DNA of 64,000 bases from Camelus dromedarius (taxonomy: Eukaryota). Shown piece after piece: positions 25,298 through 38,247 of the stretch. How positions within the stretch are numbered: position 1 is the first letter of the stretch; every line of letters starts with the position of its first letter. The translations under genes and the position numbers were made by a program. The stretch is from positions 108,068,001-108,132,000 of the forward strand of contig NC_087437.1 in NCBI RefSeq assembly GCF_036321535.1, given 5' to 3'. The notes beneath the pieces were generated by a model. That model was not told the origin of the DNA. It searched no databases and saw nothing but the letters and a program-made list of their open reading frames with translations.

Positions 25298-25664
25298 TTT
25301 CTCTATTTTACTGAAGTCTAATCAGTTTACAATGTTGCATCGGTTACTGGTGAACAGCATAACGTTTCAGTCATACATACAGATACGCATATTCTTTTTC
25401 ATATTCTTTTTCATTATAGGTTACTACAAGATCTTGAATAAAGTTCCCTGTGCTATACAGTAGGTCCCTGTTGTTTATCAATTTTATACATGGTAGTTAG
25501 TATCTGCAAATCTTGGACTCCTAATTTATCCTTTCATACCCACTTTCTCCCTTGGTAACTGTAAGTTTGTTTTCTACATCTGTGAGTTTGCTTCTGTTTT
25601 GTAAATGAGTTTGTGTCATTTTTTTTTTTTTTTTTTTTTAGATTCTACATATCAGTGATATCAT
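25298..25664 (-). mobile_element. Artiodactyl-type L1 3' UTR fragment
   Basis: gttccctgtgctatacagtaggtccctgttgtttatc...ccttggtaactgtaagtttgttttcta, the antisense of the L1 3' end seen at 19400-19560. Confidence 0.9.
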
Positions 25665-27639
25665 CAGAGATCATTTCTGTAGTTCATTATTTTATTTTAA
25701 ATGAGAGAAGGTCAGCCAGTAAGTGTTTAGGCTTGCAGGGTCTATTGTTCAAGATTATTGGATCAGCAAACCCTAGAATTAACTTCCAGGATGAAGAATA
25801 AAGGGAAAAAAAAAAAAACACTCCACATAGGTTCAAAGGAGACTTTTGTTGAAGAGGTGGGTTTTCCTGTGGTCTTTGAAGTGGGAGAGGCTGAGTGCTA
25901 CTTAAATCCTGGGGCCTTGCGATGAGTGAACTGTACGAGAGATTGCTGATGGACCTGGAATCTCACAGTGGTTGTTTTGTGTCTTGCTTTGAGAAGGTTG
26001 GTGATAATTAAACTCCTTTTCCAGTATGATCTTTGTTTCTAACCCAAGTATCCTATTTAAGAAGAGCCAAGTAGTATAAGCATTTTTTTTTTCTTTGCTA
26101 CCGCTGAAACTGACTCCCTTAACTTCCTCCACATTTATTTTCCCCAAATGTGTGTATTGTTAGTTGAAGAAATGATTTCCTGAGTAGTAGGGGGCAGGGT
26201 GCCACACATGAACGCACATGAGAGACAGACAGAGAGAGATAGATGGAAGGACGTATACAGAGAGAGACAGGGGAGTGTGTGTGTCTGTGTGTTTTTATAG
26301 ATCTGCTTCCAGAAAGCTCAGCCTTCACCTTCTCAGGACCATTTCGTTTAAAATGTTATCTTTGCCTTTGTGTTATTTATCTGTGTGAGATAGCTGACTG
26401 ATTTAAGTGCTGACTTTATGCAAGACTGGCATCTCCACCGTGATATTTAACAGACCTGAACTAAACAAAAGCTTATTCAGTTTGAGTCATTTAAAATATT
26501 TGGTCATTTTTTAACTCCATGTAAACTTTCTAGTTAAACCTCATTTCAAATAGTGAAAGAATTAGAGCCTGACTAGAATGCCTGGCTGACGATGGTTTCT
26601 CAATAAATATTTCTGATTGATAAGCTGAAAATGAGTGAGTATGTTTGCTTTTATGGGACTAACAGACTTAAAAGGAACAAGTAATAGCATTTCAATTCTG
26701 AATTGAATCATAATACTAAAATACTGAATCTCTGTACTGCTTGTCTTTTTAGCTGCCTTGCCCTGTTCATTTCTGATATTGTCTTTCTTCTGTTTTTTTC
26801 TTCTCTTAAATAACAAGGACCAGATTTGTGAATATCCAGTACCTCCCCTGCTGGAGATGAAATCAGTAGTTTGAGCTTCTTGACTTTGAAAACAAACTGT
26901 AACGTATAAATTAGATTAAATACTTTAGGTATATTCAGTACCTTCTTTATTAAAACGTGTTCATCTCTTGCTAACATATAAAATGCCTTTTCATGGACAG
27001 GTTTTTGATATCTGCTTCCCTTTCTCTATTTACAATGAAGTTTTAATTTTAAAATATACTACATATAACACAAATTTAAATCTCTTACATTTTTAGTAAC
27101 ATTTACTTTTGAAGTTACCCAAAATAGGGTTTCAAAGAAAAGTTCCACATTTTATTAGATACCCATCTCTCACTGTGTTTGACTTGTAGAATCATCTGGC
27201 TGCAACATACCAGGCTGAGCTAACACTTATATTGGTGTATCTGGCATAGATCAGTTGATTTGGGTTAAACTGACAAGGCCATCAAAATTTGATGAAGAAA
27301 AAGAAGACATTGCTGCTTCTAACATTTGTAAATGCCAAAAGACATAGGTATCTTATACGGTGAGAAGGAAGTTCATGCGAGTCTGTCTGAATGCTTGGAT
27401 GTAAAAGTAATATTTCTATAAATACAAGTAAAACGTTCTGGATTTCTTAGTATGTAGGAGAAACCAGTTTTATTCTTTCCACTCTGTCTTAAATAAAAGT
27501 TTACTAAACAAAACCTCCAGCAGAATATATCACTGCTGACAATTATGATTAGTGATTAAGACCTATGATTTGTTATAAAGAAAGATCCAACCCACCCAAT
27601 AACTATAGTCCATTCCAGTGTAGCAATCTAAATTTCAAA

Positions 27640-28235
27640 CAGCTGTCTAGTGAATGTTTCTTGTCCCCCCCTAACTTGAGCCTATAGCCCTGGGAGCCTG
27701 CAGTGTAAGGAGAGAGTCCAATGGCTACGTTTCCTTCTCCTTACCTGACCTTGTCCTCTGCTGCCTAGACTGCTTGATAGGGCCAAGGTGAGATGATATG
27801 GAAGAAATGAACATAGGCTTATGGTTCGTTAAGGCACAATTGCAACATGGTGTTAGTGCTCTCTAGTGGCGTTGGGCTCAGTTGATACTGAAAGTGGACT
27901 TGTTCTCCAACGGGATGTTCTGAAGGTCCCTCAGAGATCCTTTCTGAGATCTTTCAACTACTATAAAGTAGGTACTTCTTGTTGGAGACACATTTCCTCT
28001 CTTCATGGTTGTCCTGATCATGATCTCTTTTGCAATAACTCAAGCCCAGCATGTTCTTGCATCTGATACTTGGGAAATCCATTCTTTCGCTTTATCATAA
28101 AAATATACTTCTCTTTATCCTTGTAAGCTGTAACACTTCCAGTGTCTCCTGAAGTCCAGGGGCCAAACTGAGTTCTCAGAGTTTTGTGTTATGTTGTGTT
28201 TTTGTTTTCCTGAAATCCTGCTTGTTATTTGACAG
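27640..28235. mobile_element. Possible old LTR remnant (family not assigned)
   Basis: Higher-GC block with TG...CA-like ends (tgtctagtg ... ttatttgaca); texture only. Confidence 0.25.
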
Positions 28236-30204
28236 GCTGAAAGAGGAATGTCTTTTTCCATTCCCTATGGACGGTGATGGATGAATGGAATGCCAGGCAC
28301 AATGATACTCCCTCAGAACAAGCTCTCACTGTCTTTCTTTCTTTGTCTTATATAATGCATGAAGCACTAATAGCAGAAGGATAGGTTTTAGATCATCCTT
28401 TGGCAAATTTGAATCAATCATCTAGAAATTGCTTTTAGAATGATGAGAGTGAGGGTGTGTGTGTTTGGGGATAAGTTTTGCAAGTATAGCTTTGTTCCTT
28501 AAAAGGTGAGTGTGGATTTTATATAAAATTGTGTATTTGAAACATATTTTGGAAGCTATAAGGTGTTCTATATTCATTATCATCATCCCCAGCCATGAAT
28601 TCATAGGGTGTTCAGATCCTGCAAACTTCTTATGATAAACATGCATGGGTTTTATGTGTTCTCCTCACCTTCCTGGCTTCTGTAGATGATCATTCTTCAT
28701 GCAAAGAGATGGAATTACCCCTGATTTAGAATCTTTCTGAAGAGATCCCCAATAACGACATTTGCATTCTTTTAGCTTGGGAAGATCAAAGCAATAGGAA
28801 TACAGAGTCCTGTACAAGCTCTGCAGAGGTTGAAGGATAACGTTCCCCAGGCCAGCAACACATCTCTGTAAGCTGAATTATAGGGAGGATGTGGGGAAGA
28901 GGGAATGAAACTGTCTATTAGTTGAATAATGGAAAAATATAGTAAATTCCATGAAGCAGACAAGGGCTAGAGGGCCTGGGTTTCTTACATGTAATAGCTG
29001 TGCAGCAAGAGAAGAAGAGAGTATATTTACCTTATATGGAAAAGTATCTTCATGCTGGGTTTAAGACTCGAACAAAATTTGGATACTTTTCAAAAGCAAA
29101 ATTCTATATATTCTCAAGTGCTTTCTCTTTAATATCCAATATTCTTAGACTTTTAAATACAAGTGGAAAATACTGCCATTGAAATGTAAGCACAATATTT
29201 TCAAATTGCAATCTATAATTCTTCTTCCTAAGGGGTTGCTCTCCAATGACTTTTTTTTTTTTTTTTTTTTTTTTTTTGCAAAATCTGTCTTACTCAGTAA
29301 CTGTCGTATGTCTGAGACACTAAATACAATGATAAGGAAAGGATAATTGTTCTACACTTGATTTTCTTTAAAAGTTAGGATGACTTTCAACACAGCTATT
29401 GTAAAATTGGCTGCTATATTGAGGATTTTCAAGCAGAAGTAATACTCCAATATGAACTGCTTTGACGTTTCACTCATTGGTAGTTACTCACGCCCAGCAT
29501 TTTCTTCTCTCAGCTAAACTTAAGTCACATTTAAATTACAGCTAATATGTAATTTTCAAAAACAATTTGTTATTACTCCAAAGTCAAATACAGTAGTATT
29601 TGACTTATACATATAACCAGCTATTGAAAGATGAATGCAGAATTACTCAAAGATGCTTTAATAGACTCCGAATTCTTAACTATATGAATGCTGAAAAAAA
29701 TTACTCAAAATAATGATTCCCAGTACAATTCAGAAATGTTACATATAGTTTGATTGTGCTTTCTGAATCCTGAAAGAAAGGTATCTTAGCAATAGTTTAG
29801 GACTTAGGACCTCAGATATTTAGCATTGAAAGCAGTAGTATAATATCAAATGATGTAAATTACTTTATTATTTTATACTATGTTCTAAATTCTTACACAT
29901 TTTAATACATTAAAATAATTCAGAAGAAAATTGCAAGGAAAGAAAAGTCATATGGGCAAGGTTAGAAATGAACAACCATTGATGTGTTTCCTTAAGGCTA
30001 GGAATAGGAAGAAGCCATCACCACTTATGGGCCTAAAGGAAAAAAGAGGATAGCTGACAACTGGCACCCATAGGAAACAGGCACAGGTGAGAGCTTCCTG
30101 ACATGAGCTGTGACATTCAGAGGACGGAGACAACCAATAAGTGGACCCAGTAGATAGATGAAAGGCAGGGGAAGAAATGCTCCCAACTCACTGTACTCCA
30201 TCCA

Positions 30205-32423
30205 GAATGGAAAGAAAGAAGCATAATTTTCTCTATTTGCAGAAGATAAAATCTTATATGAAGAAAATACTAAATGATCCACTAAAAACTATTATAATTG
30301 AGAAATGAGTTCACCAAGACTGTTGGATGCAAGATTAATATAGAAAAATCAATCGTATGTACATACAATTGAACAATTCAAAAATGAATTTAAGAAAATA
30401 ATTACATTTATTATAGACTTAAAAATCAAAATACTTAAGAATAAATTTAATAAAAGAACTGCAAAATGTGTATTCTAAAAACAACTAAAGTGGAAGGAAA
30501 CTATGGAAGACCCCCAAAAAATGTAGAGATGACTCATAACCACAGATAAGATGTTGATATCATTAAGATGGTGATACTTTCCAAATATATTTACATATTG
30601 AGAGATTTTAACCCTATTAAAATCCCAGGTAGACTATCTGCAGTAACTGACAAATTGAGCCTAAAATTTATTTGGAAATTCAAGGAATTCAGAAGAACTG
30701 AAACAATCTTGAAAAAGAAGACAAAATTTATAGGACTTACCTGGAGGACTCCTGATTTCAAAACTTACTACAAAAGCACAGTGATAAAGAGAGTGTAGCG
30801 CTGACATAATGGGATAGATTTGAGAGTCCAGAAGTAAATCCTCACATTGATGGTCAATTGACTTTTGATAAAGATGTCAAAACAAATAACTGGAGGAAGA
30901 ATGCACTTTTCAGTCAATGATTCTGGAACAATTAAGAATCCACGTGCTAAAAGAATAAAGTTGGACAGCTACGACACACCATACACAAAAATTACCCCTA
31001 AATGGATCAAAGACCTAGATATAACAGCTAATAAAATAATTCTTAAAAGAGAATCTAGGTGTAAATCTTTGTGATTTTGGATTAGGCAATGCCTTCTTAG
31101 ATATGACACCAAAAGCATAAACAACAAAGAAAACAATAGACTGGGAGTTGGAGATATGCAGACATTAACTACTATATATAAAATGGGTAAACAACAAGTT
31201 TACACTGTATATAGTGCAGGGAACTATATTCACTATCTTGTAGTAACTTATGGTGAAAAAGAGTATGAAAACAAATATATATACGTTCATATATGACTGA
31301 AGCATTGTGCTGTACACCAGAAATTGACACAACATTGGACTATACTTCAATAAAAATATATATGAAGAAAAAGAAAACAATAGATTAATTGGATTTCCTC
31401 AAAATTAAAAATTATGCATTTCAAATGCACTAAGAAGAAAGTATAAAGTTAGCTCATAGATAAGAGAAAACATTTACAAATCAAATACCTGATAAGGGAC
31501 TTTTATCAATAACATGTAAATAATCTTAGAACTCAATAATAAGGACTCAAATAACCCAATTAAAAATAGGAAAAGGATCTAAATAGACATTTTTCCAAAG
31601 AAGATATGCAAATATGCACATATATGCAAATAGTCACTAGGCAAATAAGAAGGACCTTGACATTATTAACCATCAAGAAAATGCAAATCAAAATTACAAT
31701 GAGATACCATTTTGCACCTATTAGGATGGTTATAATTTAAAAAGACAATAGTAAGTTCTGCAAGGATCTGGACAAATTGGAACGTTTTATACTTCTGGTG
31801 AACATGTGAAATAGTGCAGCCACTTTGGAAAATCGTCTGGCAGTTCCACAAAAGTTTAAACACAGTTACTGTGTGATCCAGCAATTCCACACTTAGGTAC
31901 ATCCTTGAGAGCAATGACAATAGATACCCACAAAAATATTTGTACATAAATATTTGTGATCACATTATTCATAGCAACCCAAAATTAGAAAGGATCCAAA
32001 TCTCTATCAACTAATGACTGAGTAAACAAAATGTGGTATATTCATTCAGTGGAGTATTAGTTGGCAATAAAAAGTAACAGAGTACTGATACATGTTACAA
32101 CATCAACCTTGAAAACATTACTTTGAATGAAGGAAGTCAGTCAGGAAAGACTATATGTTGTATGACCCATTTGTATGAAATGTCCAGAATAGGCAAATCT
32201 AAAGAGGCAAAATATGTTAGTGGTTTCATAGGACTAGTGGGAATGAAGAAAAGAAGGGTCACCCTTTAAGGGTATAGATTTCTTTGGAATTGATGAAAAT
32301 ACTCCAGAATTGATTTGGTGATGATTGTGTAACTCAGTGACTATACAGAAAATCGGTGAATAGTGTACTTTATGTGAATTCTATGTCGTGTGAGTTATAT
32401 CTCAGTAAAGCTATTTCTAAAAA
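30205..32423 (+). mobile_element. L1MB-like element, ORF2 3' half plus 3' UTR
   Basis: tctctatttgcagaagataaaatc (FADD-like); ORF 30568-30798 LKFIWK...PDFKTYYKSTVIK; aaatgcaaatcaaaattacaatgagatacca; 3' end gagttatatctcagtaaagct. Confidence 0.92.
31141..31369 (+). mobile_element. Younger L1 3' end nested in the L1MB
   Basis: gggaactatattcactatcttg...cattgtgctgtacaccagaaattgacac...aataaa; perfect 15-bp TSD aaagaaaacaataga (31126-31140 / 31370-31384). Confidence 0.92.
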
Positions 32424-32640
32424 GTGTATAATAATTACTGTAAGAGAACAAGTTTATATAAAAGAGCTTCTCTCTTTATAAATTTATAATCTATTAGCCA
32501 AGACAAACTAGTACTGCCTTTATCCCACCCCCTGACAATTTCCCAGGATCAAGATGCTTCTGAATTCCACAGCTCAAACTTCCAGATTCATTGTTGAGAA
32601 TATTAAAACCAGTTAGGTAGAGAACAATTAAAAAAATTAT

Positions 32641-32725
32641 GGAGGGAGAGTATAGCTCAAGGGGTAGAGTGCATGCTTAGTGTGCATGAGGTCTTGGGCT
32701 CAATCCTCCTCCAAAAATATGATAA
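32641..32725 (+). mobile_element. tRNA-Ala-derived camelid-type SINE (short copy)
   Basis: ggagggagagtatagctcaaggggtagagtgcatgcttagtgtgcatgaggtcttgggctcaatcc; flanked by aattaaaaaaa(a)tt on both sides. Confidence 0.85.
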
Positions 32726-33949
32726 AATTAAAAAAAATTTAAATGATATAATCAGTAACTCCCATACGCATAACCCTCCATGTTTTCTAAGGAATTGTCA
32801 CTCAGTAATAAGTTTCCTGGTGATGTCAGTCAATCCATGTAAACAGTCTTGTCTTTCCAACTCAGTATTAATACTGTGGATAGCAGACACTGTATGTGTA
32901 CTAGAATGCTATTTAAACAATATGTGTTTAATAAATAATTGAAAAACAAACAATGAATAATAGAAACCTAACATGAGTAGCGGACACTGTAAGCTGTCAG
33001 AAGAATCCAACTTTCCATTGCAAATAGCTTGGAGGCATGTTAGCGATGACAAATTTTAAATTATTTTCAGTACCAGTTTGGTGGGTTTAGCAAAGTCCCT
33101 TATAGCCAAACGTATTACTGATTAATCTAACTTTGCTGGTTTCATGCTAGAGTAACTGATGTCTCTAAATGATTCTAAAGTTTGGATTTCTTTAAGAACA
33201 AGAAGCTCTGTTCTTTTTCTGTCAATAAATGTCATGTTAGAAATTTGTGACATCTATTTCTAAATTCAGTAGCTATATATGTTAACATGTTCTAAATTAA
33301 TAAATTTAGTTATAATGATTCTTAAAATTATTTTAAATAAAAAATAGCAATTATTCATTGCTATTACATGGTTGACTTTCTTCTTGTCTGGTTTTAATAA
33401 CCACATATGTGAAATCTTTAAAGGAATCTGTCAATAAATCTTGTGAACACAGGAATCAGAAGAGTGAGGACTTTTCCGATCAAAATGGTTCTGTCATCTG
33501 CCTAAATTAGACTGCATTCTTTCACTATGAAGGCTGTCTCCTGAGTGATATTATTTCAAATCCATTCATATTTGTTCTTCCTCATTTTCAGTGACAGCTG
33601 AGTCCCACTTTAAGTTGGCTCCCTACTTTTTCTGCATTTGTTGCAAGATGAGGATATCCCATCTCTGGTTGTGACTTGCTGAGATCGGAGTATGTCTGCC
33701 TGGTGACTCTGAATCTATGAGAAGAACTTTTTTCTACTGTTCCAATACCAGCAAACACACTCAAACCATGTACCTCAATCTCTGAAACAGGTACCTCTTC
33801 CCAGACCAAAAGCCCATGGCCGAAACCAGGGAATTGAAATTGATCAATGACATTGGGAACAGAAGCATTCCCTTTCTCAGATTGGTTATGCTATTTCTCC
33901 TTCTTCCTTTTGTCAATAAAATTCATTTATCAGAGGTCATTTTTCTAGT

Positions 33950-34720
33950 CCTTTCCTATACATTTGCATACACACAGACATACACGTTTATTGTACTATT
34001 TCCCTCTTAGAAATCATTTAAATTACTGATAAATTTTGCTAGCAGTGAATTACTTGATGAAAACGCATGTAATTTCATCTTTCTGCATATGTGTACAAAT
34101 ACTTATAGAGTAGAATCCTACGGTATAAAAACTGAGCTAAAGAACAAATTTAGCATTAATCTTAATGAGTAATGCCAAATTTCCCTTTCCTCTACCAAAA
34201 TCTTTGACAATCTACAAACCCACAGTAAAGAGTGTAGAATTTTTCTACATCCTGATCAATACTGGATAGGAAGCCTTTCATACTGTCAATATAATACATA
34301 AAAAACACTTTATTACTGCATTAAATTCCATAATTATGTTTGAGGTTGAACAGTTTTGTATATTGGCTATTTATATGAACTTTGTTCATATATTTTACCC
34401 ATTTATGTTTTGAGTTATTTATTTGAAATGTATTTTATTTATTACTTAAATTAAAATTTTATCTCATATTTGCAAACTTTTTTACCATATGTACATTTCT
34501 GACATTCAGTAAGACTTCAATATTTTTATTCATAAAGATTATTTTTCAGGTTTTATTATTATATCATTAATGTACTTTTGTATTTCATTTCCTAACCAAT
34601 TATTGTTAATATAAAAAAGTTTCATAAAATTGTAATCGTATGCTCACTTTGCTGATTTCTCTTACTTTTTCTGCTAGTTCTTCACTTTATTGTGTTTAAA
34701 TTTCTTGAGTTTATTAAGTT
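33950..34720 (-). mobile_element. Old L1 (L1ME-like) remnant
   Basis: T-rich antisense ORF2 texture: tgcatatgtgtacaaatactt, aatgccaaatttccc, tgaggttgaacagttttgtatattggctattt. Confidence 0.5.
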
Positions 34721-34743
34721 GATTAAAAGTTAAGATTTCTGTA

Positions 34744-34916
34744 TCAGTGGTTATTTAAACTTTAGGACACATTAGAATCCCCAGAGGGCTTGTTCAACTA
34801 TAGATAGGTGAAATGATAGAGTATGTCTCTGATAGATCCCAAGAAGGTATATTTCTAGTAAATCCCCAGACCAGGCTGATGCTTCTGGTTTGGAGACCAC
34901 AGTTTAAAAATTACAG
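34744..34916. mobile_element. MER5A-like DNA transposon
   Basis: cagtggttatttaaacttt...attagaatccccagagggcttgtt...gctgatgcttctggtttggagaccacagttt. Confidence 0.7.
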
Positions 34917-34993
34917 TTTTATATAATAATTATTTAATCCACAAATGATGAGTATTTTATTAGGAGAATTTGCCAAGACCACAATATATTATT

Positions 34994-35310
34994 GAAATTT
35001 CTCAGTAAACTAGGAACAAAGGGGAACTTCTTAAACTTGATGAAGAATTCTGCAAAACGTTGACAGCTAACATTGTATTTAATTGTGAGACACTAGACGC
35101 TTCCTCACTAAGATCAGGAAGAAAGCAAGGATGTAACTCTCACTACTTTTTTCAACATCATTCTGGAAGTCCTGGCTAATTCAATGATACAAGAAAGGGA
35201 AATACAAGGTATACTGGTTGAGAAAAAGAAATAAACTGTCTTTCTTTGCAGATGACTTGAGTGTCTATGTAGAAAATCCTAAAGAATCAACAACAACAAA
35301 AAAATTCTGT
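34994..35310 (+). mobile_element. L1 ORF2 RT-core fragment
   Basis: aagatcaggaagaaagcaaggatg...ttcaacatcattctggaagtcctggc (FNIILEVLA)...tttgcagatgac (FADD)...gtagaaaatcctaaagaatc (VENPKES). Confidence 0.88.
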
Positions 35311-37809
35311 TACACTTTTATGTACATATATGATTTCAAAAATCTAGATTGAGAAAAAGATCAACTTCTTGGAAAGCAGCTTGTGCTGGTTCCTGACGCT
35401 GCTCTGGGGAGACTTGGGGAAAGGCAGAAGTCCCCTGTTTCTGCAGTGAGGTTGGGGCCACAAGAGAGGGATCCCAAAATTATGAAAATTGGCATTTACA
35501 TGGAGGTACTGTCAATTCAGCCGAGAGAGAGACAGAGAGAGAGAAAGAAGGAGAAAGAAAACAGGAGAGAGCAAGGAAAGAAAGAAAAGAAAGAAAAAGA
35601 AACCTTTGTTCTGAATATAAATAAATGTAAACAAATTCTCTCTGGAAGAGAAGGTTCTTACTTTATCACTCCGAAATATAAGCAAATGCATCCAGAGAGA
35701 TGAAACTCTGTTAGCCTCCAGAAGTATTTCCTGTAACTATAACTTCCAAGGAGGTTTTATTTATTTTTATTCTTTTTTGCTATTCCAATTATCTTTTAAT
35801 TTAACCTTCAGCTATTGCCAGTTTGCCAGTGTTCTCTGCTTATAAAGCTCTAACCATGGAGAAACATAAACTTATTCAAGAATTGTCTCCCAACAGATCA
35901 CACTGATTCTTAAGTTGAATCACCATGGTGCTTGAGAGAGAATGATAAAAGCTGTGAAACTTGTCTCAGAAAATGCTCACATCAAATGTTTTTAGACAAT
36001 TACAGAAGGTTCTTGAACTTCTGGAACTCACTCATAGATTCTGGTTAAAGAATACCCACATTTTATTGCAGTCAGAAATCTAAAACATCATTTTCCCCTG
36101 TTTTCAAAATCACTGGCTAACATCCCTAGTTTGGTATCCATGGCCTTCAATAGCACAACTCCCATTTAACTTTCTAATATAATTTCCCAGTAAGTCTGCT
36201 TTTCTAGCCATTCCATTTTACCTTATCCTCTATCACCTGCTTTTATTCAACCTTTTTTACTTTTCCATTCATGCCTATTAACATTCTTTTTAATTTACAT
36301 GCCAACTCTTACATGAAACCATCCCTACTAGCTCCAATTACAACAATGCTATAATATTTTTGGCATCTATGGAAATATGTTTGCATACCTTTTGTAAAAG
36401 TTAATATCCTGTTTAAAATTATAGTTCTTTTCATGCCTCTCACCTCCAAAAAATCTTAATCCTCTTGAAAAAATGAGTCTTAAATGAAGTTGTATTTCTT
36501 AAAGAGTTTAGAATGGTAATTTGTCACAATTAGAGATTAATAAATGTTTCTAAGGTATTATAAAAATGTTTGACATCGTACTAATCATGTGGTATTTCGT
36601 TTTAGTCCAGATTTACTTCCTGTGAAGAAATCAGAATCATGCGTCAGTGTTAAAGGCAAATATCATGAGATATTGTGAAAGATAAGGACACCCATGCATG
36701 TTGATGTTTACACGATGTATTTAATGTTTCTGGGGTAATGGGAATTTTACTGGTGTCAGAATAAACAAGGCTGGTGTAGAAGGACTGTTCATTTGCATTT
36801 GAAGACAATCTGCACTGCGGTTAGACGGTTTCTATACAGATGTTGAGCTTGGGTGCTTTGCAAAACATTAGTTTCAGTGCTTGTTACATGACGCTACATG
36901 AAAGGTTTGGCACTGGGAGCCAGCTAGTGGCCCAGGAGTGAATACTAGAGTATGGCAGAACATTGTGGATGCTCTAATTACTGCAATCCATGTATTTGCT
37001 TTATTTGGAAATTCCAGTATTTCCAATGAGCAAGCCAAATATTTTGGATTTAAGTAAATACAGCTTTAGCTTTACTACTTGCTTTTGTTTCCCTTTACCA
37101 GTTTATTGTGTTTCTTTCTTTTCTCTTTTACAACTTCCTCTTCTACTTCAGACTTGATCCATTCCACTTCTAGCATCTTGGCTCCCTTTGCGCATTCTGC
37201 ACTGTATTATATCCTCTTACACTGGGGTTCTATATCTAACCTCATTCCTTCCTAGTCTAGCTGTTTCCTCTTGTACGTTCTCTGTAATTTCCCTCTTTTG
37301 GTCTCCATGCCTTTCATATTCCACTGTGTTTTCCAAGATAGATTTAACTGTATATTGACTGCCTAGCATACACCATCAATTTAGCCAAGTGGTGAGAAAC
37401 TGGAATGAAAAATGAAAGCCACATTCCTAACAACAACAAAATAGCTGTAGTCTAATAAAGATGTCCATCTAATAAAGTTCAAGTAAAGAGATGAGTTTTG
37501 GAAGAGGAAAAAAAAATGTGAGAGAGCATATAAAAGATAAACTAATCTAGCAGAGAATCAAGGAAAGCTAGACTCTTGAGGAAGGGAAGTGGCATAATAA
37601 TTTCATAGTATAATTTCACTGTATTGACTTAGAGAAAAAATAAGATACAGAAAATGTGAATGATGAAAATGAAGATATTATATTCATGTTAATCATATGC
37701 CTCACCTACCTGCTAACTCACACAAGAATGTTTTGAGAAAAGATTTCCTGTGGAAATACTTTAAGGATTTTTCTAGATAATCATGAATATATGAATACAA
37801 TTATCAGTT

Positions 37810-38247
37810 GTATTAGTGGCTCAAGTTAACAGCTTCTTGGAATCCATCCCTTTCTGTTATGCCTTTTGGGATTTCTCCTATTCTGAATCCAGGCTTAGCC
37901 ATGAGACTTCCAATAGGAAGTGATTAATGTGACGCAAGTAGGGCTTTGAAAAGGCAGTCTAGAGAGTCTGTTTTAGACTTCTGCTATTGCCATGAGGTCA
38001 TGCCCAGGCTAGCCTGTTGGAGTCTGAAAGACCATAAGGAAGATACCCAGGTCATGATAGCAGAAGTCTTCTCAGATCAGCCAGCTGACCTCAGATGTAT
38101 GAGTAAACTCAACAGAGATTGGTCAAGGATGGCCCAGATTAGCAGAACCACTCAGACAACTTTAAATTTGTGAAAAATGAGAAAAGCATATTGTCTTAAC
38201 CACTAAATATTGGGGTTACTTGTTATACAGCATTGCTCACTGATGCA
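37810..38247 (+). mobile_element. MaLR solo LTR (MLT1G/H-like)
   Basis: gccatgaggtcatgcccaggctagcctg...ccagctgacctcagatgtatgag...ccactaaatattggggttacttgttatacagca. Confidence 0.75.

Noticed and set aside
30568..31074. Two protein-like ORFs
   Set aside because: Broken L1 ORF2 fragments within the L1MB-like element
32641..32712. tRNA gene (also considered for 13680-13755)
   Set aside because: Anticodon loop, T arm or acceptor stem are broken and SINE-type A-rich tails follow; these are SINE copies
33592..33791. Plus-strand exon-like segment (ttcttcctcattttcag ... CAG|gtacct)
   Set aside because: Stops in all three frames, weak donor and no partner exons
35383..35703. 106-aa charged ORF
   Set aside because: Driven by a GA-rich low-complexity tract
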